From positions 2,905,070-2,969,069 of the forward strand of contig NC_068985.1 of assembly GCF_001194135.2 (NCBI RefSeq): a stretch of 64,000 nucleotides of DNA. Reading direction: 5' to 3'. How positions within the stretch are numbered: position 1 is the stretch's first letter; every line of letters starts with the position of its first letter. The notes beneath the pieces were generated by a model. That model saw only the letters and a list, made by a program, of their open reading frames with translations, ran no database searches and had not been told where the DNA came from. The DNA comes from Octopus bimaculoides. Lineage: Eukaryota. Of this stretch, positions 26,711 to 37,640 are shown piece by piece. A program made the position numbers and the translations under genes.

Positions 26711-27152
26711 GGAACCGATGTTACTGGTATTTTTAACCCCAGGAAGACACATCCTTCAATTAGTTATTTGATGCAATCTGCACCTGATGTAATTGCAAGC
26801 AAGAGAGTGAACTCCTACCTTCTTCTAGCCATGAGACCACCAGACCATATGGTTTTGACCTCATTGTGGTCATCTAAACTAGCCATTTGCTTGTTGCATG
26901 ATCAGTAACTGTGTGCCACTTACTTTTCTATATATTGCATGCTGAAATGAACTGCTGCTATCACTAGCAGGCAAGTATCCACCACTGAGGATGACCACAA
27001 AGAGGTCAAAACTGTAGGATTTGGTGCTCTCATGACTAGATGGTAGGGATTCACTCCCGCTGCCTGCAATATATATCAGGTGCAGATAGCATCAAATAAC
27101 CAGCTGGAAGAGGCATCCTCTTCGGGTTAGAAGTACCAGTAACGTTGGTTCC
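26711..27152. repeat. Long inverted repeat (arms 26711-26874 and 26990-27152) carrying a hammerhead-like core; probable inverted Penelope pLTR
   Basis: Arms of about 160 bp align by eye as reverse complements with scattered mismatches; ctgagga-t-GACC-acaaaga-GGTC-aaaac at 26985-27012. Confidence 0.75.
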
Positions 27153-28626
27153 TACAGAACAAATGATTTTTCTACCTTTTGTTTTTAAACCCTAAAGGTT
27201 TTGTTCTTGTTTTCACACACACACACACACACACACTCACTCACTCATTCTTTAACAGTTCGTAATAAACACTCCGATAATGATATCCTAGGACATCAAC
27301 AGGGTTGACATTTATAACATTTCAGTTACAACGGCAGCAACATGTATAAAAACAGGGCAAGTTGGATTGAAAAAAATATTCTGGAAATTTAATTCAAAAT
27401 GGAATGGAAATGTTGTTTTTTTAAATAGTAAATATATAATCAAGTAAATTAATAAAATGAGAATATAACTATTTCTTCAAGAAGTATACACCTAACTTTT
27501 AAGGAGCAATCACTTATGTACACAGTTGAGAAAAACGAATAATTGCAAACCTAATTGCTTCTAGTTTCTTCCAAAATGTGAATTTCATTCATTACAGAAT
27601 TTAGACACCTCAATATGTATTCTAAGCCATTAGCACAATACTTTCAGATATGTTTTCTACATTACATGGGTGTTTGCCTCTGTGTGTATGTGTGTGTGTG
27701 TGTGAGAGAGAGAGAGAGTGAGAGAGAGAGAGGGAGAGAGAGTGTGCATGCTCACACACACACTCTCGATAATATTAATGTGTATTTGTGTGAACAGGCA
27801 GGCATTTTATATTTTTCACTGAACAATTCAGTAAATCACAGCAATGTTAAAAATTTAAATTGTTTCAAACTGAAACCAAGAAATACAACAGTTCTTCAAT
27901 GAATGAAACCATTTAAGCACAGAGTTTAATTTAAGTGGCACTGAAATGGATTCTGTGTACTTAAATATGAACTAAAAGCTTTCTATGGTGCTGAGTTCAC
28001 CAAAGAATGAAAGGACATCATCAACAAATCAGAATCTTATCAAAACCAACAAGTAAAATTTACACTAGAGTCTATCAATAGATACCTGATATAGATTAGA
28101 AATAAGGAACATCATTATTATAATCAGCAAATCATTTTGTCCGTTTGTAAGATAATTTGCCTTTGTTCTGTAAGAGGTTCACTCCAATAGAGTGACTCTA
28201 AATTTTACACTAATGAAATAACTGGTAACAGTGAGATGGAAACTTTGGTAGATTAAGATAAAACATTACTAACATAAAAGTGTTTTTCTGTTAATACTGC
28301 TGCTGTATTTAAAAAAAAACTGACAACTTTCTGTTCCTATCAAACATAACCTGGTCAATTCTTCAAAAGTGTATATTTGCCCATAAATAAGGCTGTTTGT
28401 TTTCTCAAAATAAAATATCTAACAGTACTATTACAATGCTGCTATTTGACATTCAGTAGAAAATACTAATCTCAACACTATAATGTATCATCTTCTTTTA
28501 AGAGCACAACATAACGACCACTGAATTATTTCAGTCCACTACTTTCCAGTCACCTCAATCTTATTGTGCTTCTTATTGTTACATAAAATAACTGACTGCT
28601 TCTCTTCTTTAAGGTAACAGTAAATA

Positions 28627-28861
28627 CAGGGTGTTCAAAAAATCTTTCTGCAGTAAATATTTTATTGCAAAATAACATATCTATAACATGGTGTAAAGCA
28701 ACATAAGAATATATTAGACTTTACACGGCTTTAAAAAACTTTATAAGGTGTTGAAATAGTCATCCTTTATTTTCAATACATAAGTTGACTCTTCTACACA
28801 TGATTTGAAATACATCATGGGGGGGAAAAATTCACTGCGGAAAGACTTTTTGAACACCCTG
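28627..28861. mobile_element. Tc1/mariner-type MITE / internally deleted element, 235 bp
   Basis: TA flanks; about 30-bp TIRs cagggtgttcaaaaa(a/g)tcttt(ct/cc)gcagt; interior minus strand reads CRRVNLCIENKG*LFQHL, like the C-terminal R..LCI...GGHFQHLL transposase motif. Confidence 0.9.
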
Positions 28862-29209
28862 TAGCATACATTTCTTGTACTGCTCCTTTTTTTCTTCACT
28901 TTTATGTGTTTCCAGGTAATGTTGATAGCGTGAATTCAATCATTTACTTGACATCTCTACTGCTAATTGTTCACAAAATACTCTCAAAAGGGCCGTCTCA
29001 ATACTATGATTTGCACTACAATACTAAAGTATGAATAAGCTGCATGATTCCCTAGTTTCATATTAATCCTTAACTACAAACATTATCAACTTTGGCTGTG
29101 TAAAAGGATCCAGATATCACTTCTCTCCTTACAAGAAACTTCAGTTTATCTAAAATATAATTAAAATAGAATAATTAATAATATAAATATATAAATATAT
29201 AAAAATTAC

Positions 29210-29965
29210 CATTTTTGAGTTGATCTTCTTAAGATTGTTTCTTGATGAATCACTAGCAGAAGTAGATCTAGCACTGACAGGTGTGCTGTTTAAGTGGGAA
29301 AAGCGTACTTTATTCTGCAAGGTCTTCAAAGGCACACTATCAATTTCCAATCCATTCTCAGGTGCTCTGCAATGATCCGAAATTAGTTCTGGTGAAGTAT
29401 CACGATGGAAAGATTTCCTTTTCCTTGACAGTGGTATACTCTGTAGGATGTTTCCTTGTGAACATTCAGTGTTGTGCAGCACAGAATTAACTGGCAGTGA
29501 AGAGGGATTACAACATTTTCTGTCAGGCAGTGAAACATTAGTTTCACTCTGGGAAGAGACAAAGGAATCTGACAGAGCTTTATTTGAGTTGTGGTCCTGT
29601 TTTAATTCAGAAGCAGGATTAAAATCAGAAGACTTTGTGTTGTTTACTTGTACAGGTGAAGCAGTTTCATCAAAACTGCTGCAGGTACTCAGAAACACAC
29701 TGTCACTGAACTCTTCCTGTCTACTGTCAGAAAAAATATTCCCAGACTGACTGCTGTTCGGTGGAGAAGCTTGTTTTGCAGGACAGTTGTGGGGGCTTAT
29801 AATGTCTTTGAGTCGACACACAGGTAGTACCTCATGGAACTTTTGAGCAGCAGCAGTGATGGAGCAATCTTTGTGAAAACCACAATCGTTAACTGGTGAA
29901 CTGATGATGCTCACTTCATCATTTCCTTCTTGCATGGAGGACTTCATTTTAGACTTCTGTGCAGA
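29210..29965 (-). CDS. Large coding exon (756 nt, 252 codons, phase 0/0) of an unidentified Ser/Asn-rich, likely disordered protein; may contain the start codon (ATG at codon 7, MKSSMQEG...)
   Basis: Stop-free frame SAQKSKM...NNLKKINSKM bounded by acceptor tgtctttctttacag| and donor ATG|gtaatt. Non-repetitive, with many S/T-P sites and basic patches (SRKRKSF, KVRF). Confidence 0.85.
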
Positions 29966-30534
29966 CTGTAAAGAAAGACAAAGGAAAACGTCAGACAAAC
30001 TGAAAAAGCTTTTGTGTTTTTGAAACAATAAATACCTTTGTTTTATCTTTTGTATTGCTTTATCAATATTAATTTGGAAAGAAAGTTCTATAAACTTAGT
30101 ATTCAGTTACATAAAATATTGTTTGCCCTCTTAAACACTTCACACACCAAAACTGCCAGTGAAGATGACAGCAATGGAGCAATAACTATGACTGCTCCTG
30201 GTTGTGGGTAAGATAGGGGAATAGGCTTAATCCATCACCCACTTTAATACCATTATCTGGGTTTTGAAGGGGTTCTAACCAAAACCATTTTGATGCAAGC
30301 AGTCAGAACAGGATTTCAGTTTGAAGATAATTCAGAAAACAATAGTCGTCCTTCCTCTTCACATTCCTCTCTTGAAGGTTCTAGAAGATGTCCCAAGTAC
30401 TGACCATCCAATCAACGAAGACATTAAAAAAATTAAAAAGTAACTCCATCCATTCATGACCACATTTCTAACAATCAATTTGAAGATAATACACAAATTG
30501 GAAGGTTTTAATAAAGTAACTTTTTCACTGTTTA

Positions 30535-30760
30535 ACCCTTTAGCATTCAGATTACTTTGAATGATGTTGTTGATGATGATGACAATGATGATGATGATTG
30601 CTCTGTCAAATGTAATACTCATATATTCACATTGTTCTGAATAAATCATGCATTATCTCATAGCTTTGAGATTTGGATGATGAGAATGTTATTTTTAGAT
30701 GACATTGTAGGATAGGTGTGAGAGGTTGGATATGGCCAGTTTAAATGGTAAAGGATTAAG
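30535..30760. mobile_element. piggyBac-like MITE interrupted by a (GAT)n-like insertion
   Basis: ttaaccctttagcattcagattact|...atgatgatg...|ctctgtcaaatgtaat...gagaggttggatatggccagttt. Confidence 0.75.
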
Positions 30761-31843
30761 CTTGTGTTTGGAACATAACAAAAACTTCTTAGAAAGAAAT
30801 TATAATGAAATATTTAATTTAGATATGACAGGCTTTGCATCCTAGAACTAGGATTGTTCTCAGGAAGGTTGGTAAACAAGAGGATTAAACAGGCAATAAA
30901 AAAGTATGATGGTCAAGATTAGACCTAATGACAGGAGAAGGATAAAAGCACTTTAACCATTTAATCACTATAACTTACAATTTCATTTAAAATACACGTG
31001 TAAACGATTTGCTACAAATTTAAACCAGTGGATATTCCAGCTTTTTTCACAAAAGGTAGAGGAAATGACTTGATTATCAGACTAGGTGCCAGCATATTGG
31101 TAAAGGTAAGGAATTTACTGAACACATGTTCTGATTTTCTGAGGTGATTTAGAAGACGATTTTTTATTGGGGTGGGGTGGGGATTGGCATATTATGTACT
31201 TGCAATTGTTTCCACAACCAAAGCTATCTGAGGATAAAAATGAATAAATAGGAATATATTTAATTGCTAATAAACATGGTTTTAGTTATCTATGAGAAGG
31301 AGCAGTTATTGGCATACAGGGGTAGAAAGTCACACACACACAAACATATATACACATTCTCTCTCTCTCTCTCTCGTACCCCCACCCCCAACTGCATAAG
31401 GATATATTTTAATGAGTGGTTACTGGTTAAAGATCTTTGCTTTGATTTGTTTTGCTTTATCTTCTAAAAATAGAGGGGAAATATGAATCACATCCCATTA
31501 ATGATTGCTTTCACCTTGTCCCTCCCATGAGATATTAAATACCTGACCTCTGGTAACATATGATCAATGTTTATTGGCAATATTAGACATGAAACACATG
31601 CAACACACATTTTCTAACGGTTAATATATGTGACATGAGCGGGCTACTTGCTTTTACAAAATAACCTTACAGCTATGTAATAACTGAATAATCAACTTCT
31701 GTATCCTGCAAAATATCAGTAAACATTGTGGATATTTTACAAACCAGCTAATATTAGACAACGACCCAGCTAATATGTGATGACTGCAAACATATATCTA
31801 CAGAGAAATTATAAATTCACTTCATAAGCAAAACGAAATTTAA

Positions 31844-32059
31844 CCCTGTAGCGTTTAAATTGGCTGTATCTGGCCCAAATATTCTACCTGTTTTATGTTC
31901 AAACTGGCCAGATCTAGCCTTTCACACCAACCCTACAATATCATTCTAAAAATAAACAATTGCATCATCAAAACCTTAAAATCATAGGATAAAGTAAGAT
32001 TAATTGAAAATGATGCAATTAAGTATAACGTTTGACACAGTAATCTGAATGCTAAAGGG
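31844..32059. mobile_element. piggyBac-like MITE, complete
   Basis: TTAA|CCCTGTAGCG...TGCTAAAGGG|TTAA: TTAA target duplication and CCC/GGG ends. Confidence 0.9.
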
Positions 32060-32429
32060 TTAACAATGGCCTTATTTAAATCAATATAGCTTGTGACAAG
32101 CTACTCAGGTCATTGTAAATAGTATGTGCAATGTGAGGCTGCAGTTTCAATATTAAGAACATATGACATACAAGTAAAAGATGAATGGTAGAAATAAACT
32201 GAAAGGTGTGAATGTCCATAAGATGAACACAGCATTGTATATGCTTGCTGATGATGCACACACAAACACACACATTCCTATTAAAAGCATACTATGTGTG
32301 TATAAAATGCAAAACGTTTGGCATTAAGTATGCAAAGTTAGCAGCAAATAAATCTGCAAGATCTGTGTGCTTTTATACATTTAAGCTTGTAGACAATCCT
32401 GTGTGTGCAAATGCTTGAAATAGCCAAGT

Positions 32430-32582
32430 TTCTCAGAGTGGTTGGCGTTAGGAAGGGCATCCAGCTGTAGAAACTTTGCCAGATCAGATTGGAGCCTGGT
32501 GCAGCCTTCTGGCTCACCAGTCCTCAATCAAACCGTCCAGCCTGTGCCAGCATGGAAAGCAGACGTTAAACGACGATGATGA
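32430..32582 (+). mobile_element. RTE-tail element (family D)
   Basis: gagtggttggcgttaggaagggcatccagctgtagaaac...gacgttaaacgacgatgat. Confidence 0.85.
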
Positions 32583-33995
32583 ATGTTAACATATTTGATG
32601 CAATGAAGAGCAAAAAAAACAAGCACAAATAAGTATGTGGTAAGGAAAAGACAACACTAACTTCCTCACTCTTTAACATACCAGCTAAATTGTAGTTGGT
32701 GCCATTCAGCACTCACCATTTCTGGAACTGTGTAATATGGTCAAATTAATAAAGACATATACATGTGCTGAGATAATAATAAATTTGTGATCCAAAAATG
32801 AACTCGTTACTTGTCACAAGATTTCACAAGATAATATTAAGAGGTTGGATTTCTTAAAATTTTCTAATGATATGATTCTGTTACAACAAACATTATGGTT
32901 TTAATAATAGCAAGAAACAAAATCATTTCTTTTATCTTTAACATAAAGCAAAACAGATCACATTCAATTAAAGATAGCACAAATATATTTGATGTAGTAA
33001 GATGAGAAATTCCTTAAAATTACAGCCATAATGAGCAAAGTAGTTTTGTCTTGTAGGCTTTATTTTTCTTTTCTCGGTTATTTCACATGCTTTCAATGAA
33101 TGTGACATTGAAATCACATGAAAATGGCTCCTTTCCCCCAGAAAAGGAAACATTTGGCTGCTATTTCTTGCACACCCTGCTACCATGTAACAAGTATTTC
33201 GGGACTTTTATCGCAAATAGCTGTTACGTGGTAGCAGTGTGCGCTAGAAATACCAGCGAAACCTGTGAAAGTGAGATATGTTGAATGCACTAAAAAAAAT
33301 CCTATGGAAAAAATTATTTCACACTAAGGTTATGAACAGGTCTTTGACGAAACATTTACCGTTGTTTTAGTCATTTTCACTTAGAAATATTTTTTTAAAT
33401 ATGCCAAAATAAATTTTTGTAAAGGTATTCACTTGAAAATAATCTAAAAAAAACATTAAAATATTGTTTGTTTAAAGAAAGCTAAAATATAAATACTTAC
33501 TGTACAAACAACTTACATTTTTGAAATCACACTCAAAAACATTTCCAAATGATTAAAATATTGTGTTTAACAAAAGTGAAAATAGAAACATTGATTATAA
33601 AAAAAACAAATTGTATCTTTACGTTGTCACGCCACTGTGTCTAATAGAAAGGTAAGAGTTTCTTCACTTTCTAGATTAAGTTATTTTCTGAGAATTATCC
33701 CATTATGCACCGTTCTGGGTATTTATACCCCAAAAACTCCTAATATCTCAATGACCAGTTGTCCGATTTACACAGAACTTGTTTTATTCAGTTCATATTA
33801 ACATTGCAGGGTCAACTCAATTCATAGAATTTTCCTATTATGCACCTGTTTGGCTGGGTAACATTGCAAGCAAAATTCAAGCTCACTTGTAATGTGTTAT
33901 AGATACATATACATCTATATAAACATACACACAGACACACACACACACACATATGTAGATATATACACATAGATATATAGATATATATATATTAA

Positions 33996-34426
33996 GGGCA
34001 TTATTACACGTAAATGCCTCACGCTATGAGGGACTCTTAAAGTCAAAATTACCATAATGGATACAGTATACCGAATGCAAGGGAATGCAAATCTTGAACA
34101 GGACTCTTAAAAACAGATTCAGCCACCTCTTACATAGATGTATAAGAGTGAACAGATCTATGTACTCTGCTGGATACATTTGGTGTTTGTCCGGTATGTT
34201 AATTTTTTTTGTTCATTTTTATGTGTCTTGAGTATGCCTGTACTGACGATTAGAAAGTGTAATCTGTACACTAACTATGAGATCATATATGATTTGTGGG
34301 TGAATCTCTTTTTACGAGTTCAGTTCAAGATTTGCATTCCCTCGCATTTGGTACACTGTACTCATTATGGTAGTTTTGAATTTTAGAGTCCCTCATAGCA
34401 TGAGGCATTTACATGTAGTGATGCCC
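33996..34426. mobile_element. 431-bp MITE with about 130-bp TIRs and TTAA target duplication, GG...CC termini (Kolobok-like)
   Basis: TTAA|GGGCATTATTACACGTAAATGCCTCACGCTATGAGGGACTC... and ...GAGTCCCTCATAGCATGAGGCATTTACATGTAGTGATGCCC|TTAA. Confidence 0.85.
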
Positions 34427-34538
34427 TTAATATAAATAAATATATTTAAAGGGAATAATTATGAATTTTTCCCTTATGAGGTTTTTCACGTTGACTACTT
34501 GATAAATTCTTATAAATATTCTATCCTATTTTTAAATA

Positions 34539-34539
<1 letters not shown>

Positions 34540-34582
<43 letters not shown>

Positions 34583-34739
34583 TATATATAGAGGTATATG
34601 TATACATACACACACACTTATATATACACACATATATATAGACATATATGTATATATACACACATATATACATATTCATATACATATATACACATATTTA
34701 TATATATACACATATACATACACACACATACATATATAT

Positions 34740-34790
<51 letters not shown>

Positions 34791-34810
34791 CACACACACA
34801 CATGTATATA
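34540..34810. repeat. Compound (TA)n/(CA)n microsatellite
   Basis: Seen directly. Confidence 0.9.
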
Positions 34811-35042
34811 AGTGTAAATAGAGGTTAAAATAACCACCTTAAGGGATAGAAAATATCCAATGAACTACTGGTTTGTTAAATATTATTTTGTTGGCAATTG
34901 TAATATTCCTAAACTTTGTTCATAAAATATTCAAATTAAAATCCACAAACTGGAGAAGTAGCATTAATATAATTTATTAACTGCAAAAATTCAACATATT
35001 CTCTTACAGCTGTTTCGATTTTGCCCAAATGAATTGAATTCC

Positions 35043-35434
35043 NNNNNNNNNNNNNNNNNNNNNNNNNNNNNNNNNNNNNNNNNNNNNNNNNNNNNNNNNN
35101 NNNNNNNNNNNNNNNNNNNNNNNNNNNNNNNNNNNNNNNNNNNNNNNNNNNNNNNNNNNNNNNNNNNNNNNNNNNNNNNNNNNNNNNNNNNNNNNNNNNN
35201 NNNNNNNNNNNNNNNNNNNNNNNNNNNNNNNNNNNNNNNNNNNNNNNNNNNNNNNNNNNNNNNNNNNNNNNNNNNNNNNNNNNNNNNNNNNNNNNNNNNN
35301 NNNNNNNNNNNNNNNNNNNNNNNNNNNNNNNNNNNNNNNNNNNNNNNNNNNNNNNNNNNNNNNNNNNNNNNNNNNNNNNNNNNNNNNNNNNNNNNNNNNN
35401 NNNNNNNNNNNNNNNNNNNNNNNNNNNNNNNNNN
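35043..35434. other. Assembly gap (N)
   Basis: Run of N. Confidence 1.
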
Positions 35435-35486
<52 letters not shown>

Positions 35487-35620
35487 GTTTAACGTCCGCT
35501 TTCCATGCTAGCATGGGTTGGACGATTTGACTGAGGACTGGTGAAACCGGATGGCAACACCAGGCTCCAATCTAATTTGGCAGAGTTTCTACAGCTGGAT
35601 GCCCTTCCTAACGCCAACCA
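35435..35620 (-). mobile_element. RTE-tail element (family D) abutting the gap
   Basis: (CAT)n cgtttaacgtccgctttccatgctagcatgggttggacg...cagctggatgcccttcctaacgccaacc. Confidence 0.85.
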
Positions 35621-36429
35621 TTATTATTGGGAAAAATTTAAAGTCTTTCAGCTATTTCTGGGATATCCAAAAATATGGGATATTCCATCATCGGAGACAA
35701 ATAGAGAAAATGTGAAGGGTGTAGAGTAAGGAAACGATGACATAATGGACAGGAGAAAAGGAATAAAGAAAAGAAGGAAAAGAAGAAAAAGGACACAAAC
35801 ACTTACTACTTGATTTCTTCCCCTACTCCCCACAAACTAGAACAGCACTGACACAAACTATTCTCTTTGAATCCCTTTCATTCTACCTTATTTTGTATTC
35901 TTTACATTATCTTCCTTTACCTTCTCCTCCTCCCTCCTTATTTACCCTTCTATATTTATTTTATTCTTGTTTATTTTGGTAAATTATATTCCTATCTACC
36001 TTATTTTATCCTTCTTACCAATCTTTACATTCCTCCTCCACTCTCTGTACCTCCAGCTTCCTTATCAATACCTTTCTCTCTTCTTACTTATTTTTCTTTC
36101 TCTTTATCTCTCAACAGCTACCTCTGCTATTACTCTTATAAACCTTCAATATGCTCACGTTTATCTCTGGATATTTACATTATGAAGCCATACATGGATT
36201 TACACAGGATTGCACCTAAGGACTTATGGACTAACATCTACACTATCAGAAAGTTGAACTGTGAACTGTTATGCTCCTCTTTCTTCTTTTCTTTATTCCT
36301 TTTCTCCAGTCTTCTATCTCATTGTTTCCTTAATCTATACCCTTCACATTTTCCCTATTTGTCTCCAATGATGGAACATTCTATTGAGATTGATGTAGAT
36401 GTTTCTCAATCTCTAATAATGCTCTCTCC

Positions 36430-37640
36430 AGGCAAGACTTCTAACCACTTTTAGGGTGCTTGCTCAGGCAGTTCACAATCTTTGTCCATTGTCTCATAAG
36501 AATCTTCCTTTCCCTAAGGATCCTGTTTTTGTATGTGTTGGCCCTGTGCACTGCAACAGATTTGTCACATATGGCTTGCATTATGGGCATGAAATGTTTG
36601 TGGTTCATGTCAATGTCTGGTGTGGAGAGGCATTTAGGCCAATCCTGTTCAAGGATCTCTTTCTCAATCAAATTCCAGTTTGCTTTATGAAAATTAGTTT
36701 GGAGAGATTTTGGGTGCTTCATATAGGCTGTATGTCTGCAGGGGCATTTGGTCAATACATAGACAGCTCTATTATGCTGTGATCCAAAACTAATGTCAGT
36801 GTCACTTTAACATTATGGTTAATGTCCATATTGTTAGTGAAGCAGAGATCCAGTATATTATTTGCCCTGGTTCGTTGGTGGTATGACATTCCTGAGAGCA
36901 TCTGGCCCCCAGGCCATCCCACAATGGGGAAGTCGACGTCACTCAAAAGGAATACACTGATGTGTTGTACCAGTTTGGTGAGAACTTCTATCTTCACTAG
37001 GCAGTCTTCAAACTTAGCTGCATAATTTGGAGCATCCAGTGAGTGATATGTAGTACATATGACAATATCAAGTTCTGAGTTCAAATTCTGCCAAGGTTGA
37101 CTTCGCCTTTCATCCTTTCGGGGTCGATAAATTAAGTACCAGTTGCATACTGGGGTTGATTTAATTGACTGGCTCCCTCCCCAAACATTTTGGGCTTTGT
37201 GATTAGAATAGGAAAGAATATTAAGTTGTCTTATGTGTACCATTTGTGTGTCACACACTGAATTTGAATATGACAGCAGGGTATGAGGGCCTCTTGGATG
37301 TACACAGCAATTCCACCATGGCTTCATTCTTTTCTATCTGAGTGTATAACAACATATTGAGGTATGTGTATTTCTGTATCCCCTATATCAGGTCTAAGAT
37401 ACGTTTCCACAAGTGTTATGCATAGAGCTTGATTGCATGCAGCAAGGTCTCTTAGGAATGAGATATTTGTTCTACAGTTTGTTTTACATTCTCCCTTTAC
37501 TTTTCTGTGTCTTTGAATTCTGTTTAAGTTTGCTCTGTTAATATATAAATATCTCCATATTTGTACATGAATATTCATCAACTGAAAATTTTCAATCTTT
37601 GTGTCCTCTCTATTTACATCTACAAATGTAGGCATGTTTT
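36430..37640 (-). mobile_element. CR1/L2-type LINE ORF2 5' part (APE endonuclease + linker), degenerate, split by a SINE
   Basis: LCITLVETYL...IPQYVVIHSDR..(H)GGIAVYI; VFLLSDVDFP (GDFN-like); TRANNILDLCFTN; LDHSIIEL; NFHKANW...L..DW. Confidence 0.8.
37075..37216 (+). mobile_element. 5'-truncated SINE family C inside the LINE
   Basis: Flanked by an 11-bp TSD aatat(c/t)aagtt (37064-37074 and 37217-37227). Confidence 0.85.

Noticed and set aside
22807-29965. Naming the gene (haspin, EXO1, Repo-Man/Ki-67-like and SPIDR considered)
   Set aside because: No diagnostic domain is visible in the recovered exons; any symbol would be a guess.
34991-35492. ORFs spanning N runs (also 54109-54814 and 56129-56566)
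   Set aside because: Artefacts of assembly gaps.
35867-36454. 195-aa hydrophobic ORF
   Set aside because: T/C-rich low-complexity sequence next to a LINE relic; no domain or splice support.
36752-37327. 191-aa minus-strand ORF
   Set aside because: Chance read-through of a SINE inserted in a dead LINE endonuclease; not a host gene.
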